From: Octopus vulgaris
Taxonomy: Eukaryota
Assembly (NCBI GenBank): GCA_951406725.2
Contig: OX597818.1
Coordinates: 29,140,001 to 29,204,000, forward strand
Length of the DNA stretch: 64,000 bases
Reading direction: 5' to 3'
Shown here: in pieces, positions 1 to 13,249 of the stretch
How positions within the stretch are numbered: position 1 is the stretch's first letter
Layout: the number at the start of each line of letters is the position of its first letter
Notes under the pieces: generated by a model
What the model saw: only the letters and a program-made list of their open reading frames with translations
Database searches by the model: none
What the model was told of the DNA's origin: nothing
Made by a program: the position numbers and the translations under genes

Positions 1-229
1 AACCATACCAAAACAGACAATGAACATTGTTGTGGCTTATAGCCTTGTCAGTTCCTGTCAAATTTTCCAACCCATTCCAGCATGGAAAACAGATGTTATG
101 ATGATGATGATGATGATATATACTTAGATGTACATACATATAAGCATACACCACACCTTGTCTACAAATGAGAGTTGAGAAATTCCACAGTAATTATCTT
201 CTCTTTCTCTTATAAGCAAGGTTTTGTTT

Positions 230-551
230 CATTCTGGATTGACTTCCCAGCAACATTGCTGAGGAGCTTCTTCTTGAGTCTCAGTGTAGTTTCAGAAGTG
301 GCAGAGTGATATTGGATAGGATTTTTGTTTTGCATCCTGTCAGGCAACTTCAAGAGAAATGCAATGAACAGAAGCTGGACTTGTATGAAGTCTCTGTTGA
401 TCTGAAGAAGACTTTTGATCCTGTAAATAGAAATTCTTTATGGAGTGTTCTGAAGCTTCGGTGTCCTGTTAAGTGTGTTCCTCAGCTTAGATGTTTTCAT
501 GATAGAATTGAGAGTATGTGTTGAAATGGTGTTAAACAAAGCCACATATAT

Positions 552-640
<89 letters not shown>

Positions 641-1880
641 AACTTCATTTGCCTTGTATTTTCTTTAGTGTTGTCGATGGCTTTTGAGGAGTGCTTACAT
701 GGTTTCTATATCGGATACTGAACAATGGGGATGATGTTGCTGCCAAAATAAAGTGTTCTTATATGTAAATTCCTGTATATTGATGACTTTCATATTTATC
801 TTGATGCTCACTCCCAGAATGATATGCAGCATCTTATGGACTCCTTTTCAACAGCATGCAATGCATTGAGCCTAACAACCAGCCTACAAAAGACAGTCAT
901 AATATACCAATGTGCACAAGGTAAAGCCTACTCTTGTGTTTATGTATATGGACAGAAATTGTTGCTTGTGGAAAAATTTGTGTATTTAGACAGTACTGTG
1001 AAAATGACGAATATTCTTGATAATGAAATTTCCCTCCATATCAAGAAAGCCTGTGATGCATTTGGAAAATTTGTTAGAAGTTTATGGTCTTGGTATGGAA
1101 TTTCAGTTGTGACAAAATCAAAAGTCTGCAATACTTGTATTTTGTTTTTATTGCGATAGTCTTGTCAGATCTTTGTTATTTACTAGAGACATATGAATAG
1201 GCTGTCATCTACTAAATGTTCAGTAACAAACATAAGTGACAAATTCCTTGAATTCAATAAGCCTAGTAGTGTATAGTCTCTTGTAGTTCAAGATTATGAT
1301 GCAGTGGTTATATGGTCAAGATGGAAGATGGTTGGATTCCTTAGCAATTTATATGTTGTAAGTTTGGTCAGGGTAAAAGACCAGCACACAATCTTAAATG
1401 AAATAAGAACTGCATCAAGAATATACTGGAAAAAGTTAAAATGTTGGAAAATGGATGGGAAAACATCATTCTAGATCATTCCTTATATATAAAAGCAGTG
1501 CATCATCACTGGAAGGAATTTGAATGAAATTGTACTGAGCATGAAAATCTCAAGAGAGATGTTCATAAGGGTCTTGATGTTAATTTGCCTGAGAATGTTG
1601 GTTTAACATGTAACAAATGTGGTTGTTTCTAAGACAGACATACCATAGAAGTCACCAGAGAAGCCACACACACACAGAGGAACATTGTTAACTATACATT
1701 GTGCAGCATCTCTTCTTGCAGTGAATGTGGAAAAGAATGTGCATCAGGAGACAGAGTGAAATGCCATGACAATTCACCAAAGCAATACTATAACACCTAC
1801 TACAAAAGGTGCCCATCATTGTGACATATCAAAAGCCACATCAATGTTGCTTATGTTCAAAAGAACTATCAAGTAGTGGC
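230..1880 (+). mobile_element. Decayed RTE-clade LINE (RT region to C-terminal zinc-finger-like region), interrupted by (CA)n
   Basis: ORF fragments 306-524 (RQLQEKCNEQ..DLKKTFDPVNR) and 824-1159 (MQHLMDSFSTAC..FVYL..AFGK) match RTE RT motifs; many stops and frameshifts. Confidence 0.75.
552..638. repeat. (CA)n microsatellite
   Basis: Directly visible. Confidence 0.98.
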
Positions 1881-2869
1881 ATTATTTGAAATGAAGTTGC
1901 AACTATTATATATTTGTGTGTGTGTGTGATGAGAGAGAGAGAGAGAGAAGAAAAAATATTACTATACTGCTGAGTATTGTGCCTTATTGTATGAAAATTA
2001 CAAAATGATTTTTACCTTCAAAACAGAAATGCAAGTTGTACATATATATCTGTTGATATACAAGCACATATGTCATTATAGTATATTCTATATATACTCT
2101 GTACTATATACTGTGTATTGGTATGTGTGTTGGTCTGTCTAATAGTGTTGCACTGCTGGAGCTAGTGTTCTGGATATGGTGCTGAGGAGGGAGCAGTAGC
2201 CTCCTGAGGTATGCATAAACACCCATTACCTGTTTTCTGTCTTCATTTGCATTGTTTACATGGATATGTTCATGGGAAAAGTGTTGTAACTTTCAGTACT
2301 GGCTCTCGAGTCTGACTTGTTGAATATATGTGTTTATTTCTCACAAAAAGCTTTTCATATCCTCTCTTAATTATTGTCTGGATGGTGTTTGTATTTTCTT
2401 TCTAAAGTTGGGATCCTTCATTTGCTTGCAATGTGCCCACCCTTCCAGCCCCACTACCTATACCCACTCTACTCATTCCCATCCCCAACACCTATACCCT
2501 TTCACCACCCACTATACCTACACCCTTTACTCATTCTGAAAACCTATCTTCTGTACCAGAATCTCTCTTAACAACCCTTCTTTTGCTCTTCCCTCCTTTT
2601 TTCTCTCTCAGTAGTGTCTCACCTCTGTTACTGTAATATGAATGCCATAGCTTGTATGCTTTGCACCAAAATGTAACTGAAGAGAACCTATCAATTAACT
2701 AATCAACTAATCAATTTTGATTTATCTTACGATTAAGTAGGCTTGCAAAGCACACTCACCTCCAGTAGATGCAGCAAGTGTGACATGAATGAATAATGGT
2801 CGATTAACTGTGAGGACAACTGGCATGTATGTTACTGGCAAATGCTTGTTGAAAGTTTCTTTTTAGATG

Positions 2870-5800
2870 CTGAATGCTGTCACCCATCCCTGTTCCCTCC
2901 TATCTCCCATTTCACTTCCTTACAATTGACACTGTCACTGTAGGCATATTGAAAGGTAGGTCTGGTGAGATGGTTGAGATGCCTCAGTGGAAGTGTGCCA
3001 ATGTGTATTGCATTCAAGAAGTAGGGTGGAGGGGAGCTTCATCCAGGTTCCTCACAGGCAAAGAACATACGTATAAAATCTTCTAGGAAGACAATAATGG
3101 TGGGGTAGGTGGTGTTAGCATACTTTTATTTAATAAATTGATGGATAAGGTAATTGAGGTACTCAGACTGTGAGAGAAGATACTTAAGCTTAGATTAGTT
3201 ACACAAAGTAGTACAGCAACAATTATTTCCACCTATGCTCCTCAACCATATCTGCCAAATGAACAAGAGGATCAACTATGCAGACTACTTCAAGGACAAA
3301 TGCCAGTGACCTTATTTTCATGATTGGTGACTTCAATGGGCATGTTGGACAGCATCCAGTTGGTTTCAGTGGTGTACATGGGGGTTAGGGAGTTGGTTCC
3401 CATAATGAGATGGGAATAAGAATCAGCAACACCAACTTCACCTGATAAACTATCGATCTGATGGCCACACTAGACAGATTCACTACATTTTAACCAGAAA
3501 GTAAGGTACATGGTTGCTCATAAATACAAAGACCTTCTGGGGTGAAGAAGGCACCCCTCATCATAGATTAGTCATTAGTGACCTCAGACTTCAGGCTAGA
3601 AGAATTCCAAGAAGCAGACCAGTCTAGAAAAGAAGGATTTGGAAGCTTAAGGATCCTTTTAATAGTCAGTGATTTAGAGACACTCTAAATGAAGCATTTG
3701 ATGAAGAAAGGTTACAGACATGTAACATAGAGGACAACTTGGAGTTTCTACAGAATAATTTAGTGAGAGCCACTGACCAAATTTGTGCCTGGTGCAAAGT
3801 CCCAACTAGATGTAGGGTAACATGTTTGTGGAATTGTGTAGTAGACAGGGCCATTAGACAAAGAAACAGGTTGGAAGTATTGGAAGAGTAGTGGCATCAG
3901 AGAACAATATTAGGTAGACTGAAAGGAAGATGGGTGAAAGGTACATTTAGCTAGGGAAGAAGCAGAAAGGGAGCAGTCTGCCAATGTTCAGTAGTGTAAG
4001 GACTTGAGTTTTGAGGTGTTTCAGATAGTAATATAGTGTGCCAGAGGAAACTGTGATGTTGCAGAAGAGAAATGAATTTATATTGATCATGGTTCACTTG
4101 CAATTATTGTTTCTGGAAAAAAAGAGGCCTAGAAATGCCACTGTCAAAGATTGTTAAATGTAGAGAAGGCATGAATAAAGAAGAGCCTAACACAGACTCA
4201 ACAGAGGGACCAGCTGTCCTAATTGACAGTAGTTCAGTAGATAAAGCAATTAAGGATGTGAAGAGAAGAAACACTGTAGCCCATCAAGAATCACCACTAA
4301 GATATTTAAAGTATCTGGTGGAGTGTGATATGGCCTCATCACCTGCATAGTTAATCAGCTTGTTCACAATGAAGTCATACCTAATGACTGTTATAGCAAC
4401 ATTTTCGTCAATTGCAAAAAAAGTAAAGGTGATACCTTACACAGAAATAATTGCAGAAGTGTCAAATTGCTGAACCAGATGATGAAAGTTACTGAGAGGG
4501 TCATAGTCCAAATGATTGGGAAGAGAGTTAGCCTAGATGTGATACAGTTCAGTTTTGTACCAGGAAGAAGCACAATTAATGCTACCTTTCTGGTAAGACA
4601 ACTGCAGGAGAAGCATAAAAAAGCTTCTGCTCATGTAAAATTCGCACCCAAAAGTTTTCAGAATTGCCAATAAGGCCAGGGGTAAAAGGTTTTCAATTTA
4701 GTTGTATTTAGCATAATTTCACATACTTATGATTAGATTTTATTAACTTTTCATTAAATAAAAATAATTTCTGTTAAACAGGTATCACATTAAAAGCTAT
4801 TAAATTACAAAGTGTTTATGTTGTTTATAATAAACTTTATTTTACTTTCCTTGCCCACAAGAGATTATGTCCGTTCTTTAGCATACAATCACAGGAAAAA
4901 TTGTTGATAAGAATTATTAACAAAAGCAAAGAAGATAAATATGCACAGGTGTTGCAAATTAAGTTTAATTACTAATAAACATTAATGGTTTTAGTAAATT
5001 TATAAAGAAAACATAAGCAATATACCATCCAGCATAAATAAAAGTAAACTTCATTATATTTAAGCCCTTATTTTTTTCTGTAAAAACCTATTCTGACATT
5101 AAATGAGTCAATTTCTGGTATAAATGTTTACATTTTGTATGTCTTTTTTCAACAAAAAAACAATTTCTAAAAAAAATTCTGGAAATGTTCTGCTCATGTA
5201 ATTTATGCACCCTAAAGTTTATTTTTATTTTTGAGAAAAAATGCACAAATTACATGGGTTTTTACAGTAACCAAAAATACACCCCAGCAGTTGTCTTTTG
5301 TTGACATAGAGAGAGCTTTTGATAGGGTCCCCACTCCCATATCTGGTGGTCAGTATAGATGAGTGGTTTGTGAGAGCTGTAAAATCCACATACAGAGATG
5401 CTGTCAGTTTGGTGAAAGTCAGCAATGAGTATATTAATGAATTTAGTGTACAGGTAGGAGTTCACTAAGGTTTGGTTGCCAGCTCCATCTTGTTTGTCAT
5501 AGTCCTCCAAACCATAAGAGAGGAATTTAAGACTGGCTGTCCTTGGGCACTCTTTTACGATGATGACCTTGTCCTTATAGCTGAATCTCTGCCAGAACTA
5601 GAGAAGAAATTTCATGTGTAGAAGCAGTGTATGGAATTAAAGGGTTGTAGAGTTAATTTAGGAAAACCAAAGTTCTAGTAAATAGGAAAGCTCACTGAAC
5701 ATGTAGAAAAGATGTATGTAGAAACCTGATACTGTGTACCCAGTGCAAGTTATGGACACATAACAGATTTAGGAAAGACAAAGTGCTAGTAAGTAGGAAA

Positions 5801-6530
5801 ACTCACTCAATATGTAGAAAAGATGTATGTAGAGATTCGATACTGTGTACCCAGTGCAAGTTATGGACATATAGGAAATGCTGCAGTATCACTGGAAGGT
5901 AAACAGAGAAAGTCATCTTTGTGTGTGGCAGATGTGCAGGTACAATAAGCATTAGGAATGTACTGAAAACAGAGTTCCTCAAATGTCTAACGGAGCATCT
6001 TTAGAAGTAGTAGATAACTTACACTACTTAGACAACCAAGTTAACAGTGGAGGAGGATGCTTTGAAAGCATAAGTGCTAAAATAAGAGCAGCTGGACAAA
6101 TTTCAAAGAGCTACTACCTCTGAGTGAGAGGCTGATTGCATGATGCCTATGTATGAACAATTATACCACATGGCAGTGAAACATGGTCTGTGACAACAGA
6201 GGGTATGTGATAGCTTCAAAGGAATGAAGCTAGTGTGCATATACGACAAAGTATAAATGATTTAAGAGAGAATTTGGGTACAAGCCACATCAGATGTCAT
6301 GTACAAGAGAGAGGGCTACACTGGTTTAATCATGTGATGTATATGTATGAGGACAGCTGTATAAAGAAGTGCCAATGTCTAATTATGGAGATAACTTCTG
6401 GAATGAGTAGACCAGGAAGACATGGGACAAAGTGGGGAGAAATGATCTTCCAATGTTGAGCCTCCAAAAGATGACAAGGGACTGAGATTTCTGATGATCC
6501 GTTGTGCTTGAAAAGACACATCGAGCTAAG
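2870..6530 (+). mobile_element. Decayed near-full-length RTE-type LINE (APE endonuclease + RT)
   Basis: Fragments CIQEVGWRG, TEGPA, QMMKVTERVI, VRQLQEK and RLHWFxHV-like segments are collinear with the better-preserved copy at 14570-17150. Confidence 0.85.
4615..5269. mobile_element. AT-rich non-autonomous DNA-transposon-like insertion splitting the RTE RT
   Basis: RTE frame breaks at QEK and resumes at ~5270. Motif CTGCTCATGTAA..GCACCC occurs at ~4628 and ~5190, with a related inverted copy ending TTTTTACAGTA at ~5269. Confidence 0.5.
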
Positions 6531-6939
6531 TATAATTGTGGCCATCCATACATATAAGTAGATCCATCATGACCATGCACCCCACTCATTCATGCACATA
6601 ATCTGTTTTCTGTCTAAACACCCCTACAGTCCATCTTCCCAACATCCCTCCATGATCACCCACTGCAGATCCCTCTATTATACCTCACATGCCTATCTGT
6701 GCATTCTCTATGCTCTGACATATCAACCATACTCCACCTCTCAGCCACCCGACTTCCTGTTACCATCACTTGCTATAATCATGTTTTCTCCATCTCTAAA
6801 CATAAATTTTCTCTTTTTCCTGGACTTATTGTACATTGACATCTGCTGGGCAGCTGACCTCTGCAACAGTGCATGACTTTTGCTCCCTGTCCCACAGAAC
6901 AATATCAGTTCTGTTATGTTTGCACCAAATTGATATTTT

Positions 6940-7912
6940 TATTAGAGAAAGTAATATTTGTGTGTGGCACATATATAGGTACAATAAACACTAGAAGTGT
7001 ACAAAAAATAAACTTCATCAAATGTCAATGGAGATACTTAGAAGTGGTAGATAGCTTCTGTTATCTGGGTGACCAAGTCATCAGTGGTGATGGATGCTCC
7101 AAGAACATAGTTGCTTGAATAAGAATAGGCTAGGCAAAGTTCAGAGAGCTTCTGTCTCTGTTGGTAACTAATGGCCTCTCCCTCAGAGTGAAATGCAGAT
7201 TGCATGATGCTTGTGTGGGAACAGCTATGGTACATGGCAGTGAAACATGAGCTATGACTTCAGAGGACATGTGAAGGCTCAAAAGAAAATGAGGCTAATA
7301 TGCTTCATTGGATGTGCAATGTCAGTGTGTATTTACGGCAGTGTAAGCACCTTGAGAGAAAAATTGAGCATAAGTGGCATCAGACGTGGTGTGCAAGAGA
7401 GATGAGTGCACTGGTATGGTCATGTGATGCATATGGACAATGACAGCTGCATAAAGAAGTGCGAATCTCTAACTGTGGTGGGAACTTGTAGAAAAGGTAG
7501 ACCCACGAAGACATGATGTGAGGTAGTGAAGCATTATCTTCAGATGTTGAGTCTCATGATGCAATGACAAGTGATTGAGACCTTTGACAATTTGATGTAT
7601 TTGAGAAGACATGTAAAAGACAGCCATGTCTGTAACATGTGAACAGCACCTGTGCTGGTGTCACAGAAAGGGCATCTATGCTGGTGACATGTAAAAGGCA
7701 CTCATGCTGGTGGCACATAAAAGGCACCCATGCTGGTGACATGTAAAAGGCACCCACTACATTCTTGGAGTGGTTGGTATTAGGAAGGGCATCCAGTTGT
7801 ACAAACCAGGCCAAATCAGACAGGAGCCTAGTGCAACTCTCCAGCTTACCAGTTTCGGTCAAACTGTCTAACCCATGCCAGCATAGATAATAGACACTAA
7901 ATGATGATGATT
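6940..7912 (+). mobile_element. RTE LINE 3' fragment with 3' UTR tandem motifs and (ATG)n tail
   Basis: LEVVDSFCYLGDQ motif; tail CATGCCAGCAT..AAATGATGATGA. Confidence 0.8.
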
Positions 7913-8559
7913 GGGGTATTTCACCAGTATTCCATGTTTTTAAAGGCATGGATACTAGCTGGTTCTGACATGCCCTTGATGTATACATCAGGGCAGTCCT
8001 TCCTGCAGATTGCATTGTAAATAGTCTTTGCAACTGTATCATGCCTCAGGGGCAGGTATTATCTTATAGACATTTTGGGGCAGCTGCTGATGATATGTTT
8101 GATATCTTCCATGGTGGTATAGCAGAGCCAACATTTTTTATCTCAATTTGGAGGTTTGGTGGAATATTTGTCCCTCCTATTTATCAGGCATTTAGCAGCT
8201 TTCTCCTGTTCCTGACTAGCAAAGGCATAACTCTGTGTGTGTGTGTGCACATGCATACGTATGCGTACCCTTGTTTCAATGCTATGTGATGGCTATAAAC
8301 AATGATCACCATCATACAAGCAGCAATATTTCTCTCTAGTCTTCTGTAAAAACAGGTCTGATCATGAGGAAATAATAACTTGCTTCGAATCAGATGAGGA
8401 AGGGCATCCAGCTTTAGAAAATCTGCCTCAACAATTTCTGTGGTTGTTTACTCCTTATGCCACCTCTTGTACCTACACCTTAAATCCATCATGGCATCTG
8501 ATGTGGCTTTTTAAACCAGACAATGTATTGAAAAGACACCCATAAAGATTGCATATCTG

Positions 8560-8955
8560 CAGTTAAGTTCTGATCTTTGTGGATCTTAAAATGTCTTTTG
8601 AGGCCTCCATTAGATTTTCAGACCTTGTGGCATACATGGTATTGAAAGGTGTGCACAGATATATAGGCAGAATAGTTGGTGAAGGTCCACATATGAGATT
8701 TGAGCCCAGCAAAAGTCAGGCATGTTCTGCCACAAACTGTGCGCAGAAAAAGGTTACTGAAATTCACCTTCTCAATCAGAACATTCTTCTTTAAATCTCT
8801 CTTGAGTCTTGCATATGTTATCCTGGCCTCTTCAAATGCTTTCACTCCACTCCACACTTTCTCCACCATCCAGCTCAAGCCAAAGCAAGGGTTTCTATGG
8901 CCTTTGGATCCATTCCAAGTTACTTCATGGTAGTTCTTATGCCATCCTAAAACCT
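8560..8955 (-). mobile_element. 3' end of RTE LINE with C2H2-like finger
   Basis: Minus ORF 8618-8878: W..GVKAFEEAR..VCGRTCLTFAGLKSHM. Confidence 0.6.
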
Positions 8956-9748
8956 ATATATATATAATAATTATATACATAGTTGTAACAAGGGATTAGC
9001 TTTACACCTCACCACGTGCTGTAGAAATAGACACCAAATGCCCTATTACCACCTTAAAATCTCCGAGAATAAAACACTATATTGTAGGTGAGCAAAAGAA
9101 TAATAATGAATCAACAACTATTTGGTTAACCGCATGCAAGATTCTGTTTCAAGCTTAAAGTAAAAAAATATAACCTATTGCTATCATTAATGACAGTATT
9201 CCATAGCATAAATTTATGAGTATCTCAAAATATGCATGCGAGCTGTGACATCACCTAACCAATATCCACCCACACTCGTAGAAATATACTGCAAAGTAGA
9301 ATTCACATCTTTCCTTTATACCCATGTGTAGTGCATCAAGATCTAGCTTGCAGTTAATACAGTTTTGATCAAGGAGTAAATTTTTCGAATATTAATTATA
9401 ATAAAGGGTTGAATCATTGATACTTTTACCAGGTGTTCAGCACGGAAATAAAAACTTTGTAGGTAAATTTGTATTTCCACGCTTCCCACCTGGTAAAATT
9501 ATTAATGATTTTACCCTTTATTTTAATATATATGTATATATATATAATAGACAGAAGTATTGGGTTATAAAAATTTATTTATTTACTATTGGCTTATAGA
9601 TGTTTCTGATATGTATTTGTGTGTGTTCATGTTTCAGTATTATCACTCGATTGATTGATCGACTGAAAATATTCTGAACTGTTCTCACAACGATATCTTT
9701 GTCATAGCCAAAACAAATGAAATGGCATTTATATATACAAATAAACAA

Positions 9749-9751
<3 letters not shown>

Positions 9752-9789
<38 letters not shown>

Positions 9790-9790
9790 T

Positions 9791-9866
<76 letters not shown>
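9752..9866. repeat. (TA)n microsatellite
   Basis: Directly visible. Confidence 0.97.
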
Positions 9867-9867
<1 letters not shown>

Positions 9868-10210
9868 CATCATCATCATCGTTTAACATCCGTTCTCCAT
9901 GCTAGCATGGGTTGGACGGTTCGACCGGGGATCTGGGAAGCCAGAAGGCTGCACCAGGCTCCAGTCTTATCTGGCAATGTTTCTACAGCTGGATGCCCTT
10001 CCTAACGCCAACCACTCCGTGAGTGTAGTGGGTGCTTTTTACGTGCCACCTGCACAGGTGCCAGGCGAGGCTGGCAATGGCCACGGTCGGATAGGTGTAT
10101 TTTATGTGCCACCGGCACGGAAGCCAGTCGAGGCTGCACTGGCATCGGCCACGAGTCGGATAGTGCTTTTTACGTACCACCAGACCAGGGATCCTGGCTG
10201 GTTCAATTCG
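9867..10210 (-). mobile_element. SINE / RTE 3' tail copy
   Basis: Reverse complement of the recurrent CACCCACTACACTC..GAGTGGTTGGCGTTAGGAAGGGCATCCAGCTGTAGAAAC..(ATG)n module also seen at ~7750, 14380, 32280 and 34465. Confidence 0.85.
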
Positions 10211-10290
10211 ATTTATATATTATATATATATATTATATATATATATATATTATATATATATATTATATATATATATATATATATTATATT

Positions 10291-10622
10291 AAATTAGAGA
10301 CAAAACCACTATTAGGCAAATCAAACAATGAAAAACTTGAGCCAATACATAATATTTAATTTATATTATTTAAATATAACAAAATTATTAAAAAAATATA
10401 ATTAATATCACACCTCGATAAGATAAATAGTTAAACCACCTGATGAATGACTGCGGCTCAAAGATTTGAAGAAGTTAGCAGGCAGGAAACGATCGTAGTG
10501 TGATATTAATTATATATTTTTAATAATTTTGTTACATTTAAACAATATAAATTAAATATTATGTATTGGCACAAGTTTTTCATTGTTTGATTTGCCTAAT
10601 AGTGGTTTTGTCTCTAATTTAA
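10291..10622. repeat. Inverted repeat (~130 bp arms) around a hammerhead-like core; Penelope-like pLTR remnant
   Basis: 10291-10419 is the reverse complement of 10492-10620; the spacer has CTGATGA..GAAACGATCGTA. Confidence 0.75.
10435..10502 (+). ncRNA. Hammerhead-ribozyme-like motif (type I, minimal stem III)
   Basis: CAC-CTGATGA (10440-10446), imperfect stem II TGACTGC..GCAGGCA, GAAAC (10486-10490), GATC, GTA, GTG. Confidence 0.55.
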
Positions 10623-10739
10623 TATAATATAATATTTTACTATAAAATTGGATTCAATCCTAAATCTGATTTTTCCCTGTAAGTTTGAATTTATTCCCTA
10701 ATATTTATTATATATATATATCTAGAGAGAGAGAGAGAG

Positions 10740-11076
10740 AGAGTGGTTGTATACTGTCAACATAATGTGACATGCCCGTAAAGCGAATTACACCACCGCT
10801 ATTTAGCCCTAGGAAGCATCGATGCTTCCTGTCGGCTTTGACACATTTACTGTGTCCTTATATTTGTGAAGGGGAGGCAAGCACCTCCACCAGTTAGGAT
10901 TAGCACCTGTCATCTGGTCCAGCTGGTGGGGTTGCTTGCCTCCCCTTCACAAATATAAGGATGCAGGAAATGTGTCAAAGCCAACAGGAAGCATCGATGC
11001 TTCCTAGGGCTAAATAGTGGTGGTGTAATTCTCTTTACAGGACTGTCACGTTATGTTGACAGTATACAACTACTCT
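10740..11076. repeat. Long foldback inverted repeat (~160 bp arms, ~17 bp spacer)
   Basis: 10740-10899 is the reverse complement of 10917-11076; each arm contains the palindrome GGAAGCATCGATGCTTCC. Confidence 0.9.
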
Positions 11077-11159
11077 ATCGCTCCACCACCGCTCATGTCT
11101 CTGAGACATTTAGAAATTCAATATTTCTAACATATATATATATATATATACCTACATTT

Positions 11160-12215
11160 ATGCCACACTTGCCCTTACCTCTCCAACACCACCCTCCTCA
11201 CAGGCACCCATCATCAGCCCTATCATTTCACTGACTCCTTTGCCTGCACTTCTAGCAATGTCATCTACTGCATCTCCTGCTCTCTCTGTCCTTCTCTATA
11301 CATTGGTCAATCAGGACGCCACTTGGCTGATCAGACTTGGCCACAACATCCCAGTCTAATGCCATTTCTGCTCTACCAGTCACTCTTTACAGTATCTGTC
11401 TGTGTTCAGATTGTCCTTGCACAGGGGCGATCTGAGTTCCCGTCTTCGCCATGAGCAGGGATTAAACTTCTCTCTTCACTCCTTTGTGTCACATGGGCTC
11501 AACTCTCCTCCCCTCTTCATCTGACTCTCCTCCTCTCTCCTCTCTTCATCTCACACCTAGTTCCTCCCACCCACCTCTCCTCTCTTGCTCTAACGCCTAC
11601 TTCCTCTCTTCACTCCTACCCACCTCTTCTTCCTTCCACCCTCTCCCTTCATCATCACGTCCTCCCTTGTTACCCACCCCTACATATTCCAACTGCACCA
11701 TCCCCATACATCCCATCCCTTAGAATCCACCCTTGCTTCCTCCACTCTCACCTCCACTACACCACACCACACAATCACACACCACCATAAACCACCATAC
11801 CACACTATATCACACCACCCTGCACACACTAGCACTGACCACTTCCCAGCACCTACACCATCATCCACACACCTACACATGCACACACACATGTCGAGGT
11901 CACCAGCCCCCTTCCACATGCACATACATGCTCTCACATACATGCACATGCACCTTCATTTTAGCATCACCACTACTTTATTATCACCCCTTCTTCCTAG
12001 CTCTCCTGTGTGACCCCTCTGTCCGGCATTCATGATGATAGATCACTAGCCACTAAAACTTTAGTATTTTGGCTACCTGTTTATTTCTGTGTTCCTTTCT
12101 GTCGATGAGTGTAGGCTCAAAACATAAAAGACTTTCTCACTTCCAGAGCATTAAACTAATACATCTGTTTGTTGTTTACACACCCGTCTTCGTCTTTTGT
12201 TTTTTTTTGTAAATT
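11160..12215 (+). mobile_element. Penelope-like element remnant: GIY-YIG endonuclease fragment plus 3' region
   Basis: Manual translation from ~11161 gives CHTCPYL..FTDSFACTSSNVIYCISCSLCPSLYIGQSGRHLAD and ends ..HGLN, the PLE GIY-YIG signature. Confidence 0.75.
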
Positions 12216-12246
12216 CACACTATATATATATATGTATATATATATA

Positions 12247-12442
12247 TCAAGGGGTACTGAAAAGTTTCTGGATTTGGGTAAAAGAAAATAGAGAAGGATT
12301 AGTTAATTATAATTTTATTCAACATATTCCTCTCTCAGATTCTCACACTTATTGCAGTGGTCCTTCAGTTTTTCTAAGCTCTGTAAAAAACCTCAGAAGG
12401 CTGTGATACTCTTAAAGCCAGGAACTTTTCAGCACCCCCTCA
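12247..12442. mobile_element. Mariner-type MITE
   Basis: TIRs AGGGGTACTGAAAAGTTTCTGG / CCAGGAACTTTTCAGCACCCCCT, adjoining a TA run. Confidence 0.7.
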
Positions 12443-12764
12443 TGAGGTTGTGCATCACTCCTTGCTTTGCTGCTATTTCAATTTTCTTGTGGCAAAGCTA
12501 ACCATTTCTAACATTTCTTGTTTGTGATGGGCCCACACATTCCTTCCTCACCACCAATACCGGAAATCTCCTTCCCTCATACCGGAAATCCCTTCTCTTA
12601 ATACTGGTAATCTCTTCTCTTATGCCGGTAAACTCTTCCCTTATACCGAAAGCTCCCACAGAATGCTGCCTCACTTCTGAACCAGAAGACATACATACCT
12701 TCATCCCTCCCTCACTTCCAAACCATCTTCCTCCTTCTTCTCACCCCCTCTCATTCTCTCTCAT

Positions 12765-12811
<47 letters not shown>

Positions 12812-12855
12812 TGGACTAACCCAGCCAAATAGCAGCCCATTACTTACTGATTTAA

Positions 12856-13082
12856 TTTCATCTCAATCAAAGGAGAGGAGCTTTCTCCGTCCGGGTTGCG
12901 GATCCGTGGAACAAGCTGCCAGACGAGATGGTGAAGATGCCGACGACCGCTTTGTTCAAAGCCTCCCTGGACCTCAAGTGGCCTGAACTCTTTACATGAA
13001 CACCACCCTGTACTTAACTCCATGTCCCCCTACATGGCCTTGCTATTTGCTTTTGAGCCAAATTAGCTAACTAACTAACTAA
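12856..13082 (+). mobile_element. 5'-truncated CR1-group LINE 3' end with (CTAA)n tail
   Basis: Translates RRGAFSVRVADPWNKLPDEMVKMPTTALFKASLDLKW, the CR1-type C-terminal F.xRV..WNxLP..FK..LD pattern; CpGs intact. Confidence 0.7.
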
Positions 13083-13249
13083 TTTAACATTGGCCTATTT
13101 ATATCTATATTTGCAACTGCAGTAACACTTATATTACAATGCTTAGTTTACTCTCACCCCCAGTAGAGGCAAAAATTTTAACATGTTTGAATGATGATAG
13201 GTTAAAAGCGAGACCAACTGTTTTGACATGTCTGTCATCAAACTATCAT

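Noticed and set aside
2028-2126. Signal-peptide exon for the Ig gene (acceptor-like AG, hydrophobic stretch, GTATGT donor)
   Set aside because: The phase-1 frame has an upstream TGA and no ATG; the ATG frame ends in phase 2, incompatible with the Ig exon.
7620-7760. CRISPR-like short repeats (GCTGGTGACATGTAAAAGGCAC)
   Set aside because: Degenerate tandem motifs of the LINE/SINE 3' UTR with no unique spacers, in a eukaryotic context.
438-12035. Low-complexity ORFs (CVCV, HTHT, YIYI, Ser/Pro-rich)
   Set aside because: Translations of microsatellites and simple repeats.
12090-12140. Hammerhead in the Penelope 3' region
   Set aside because: Core too degenerate (GTCGATGA..AAAAC) to support.
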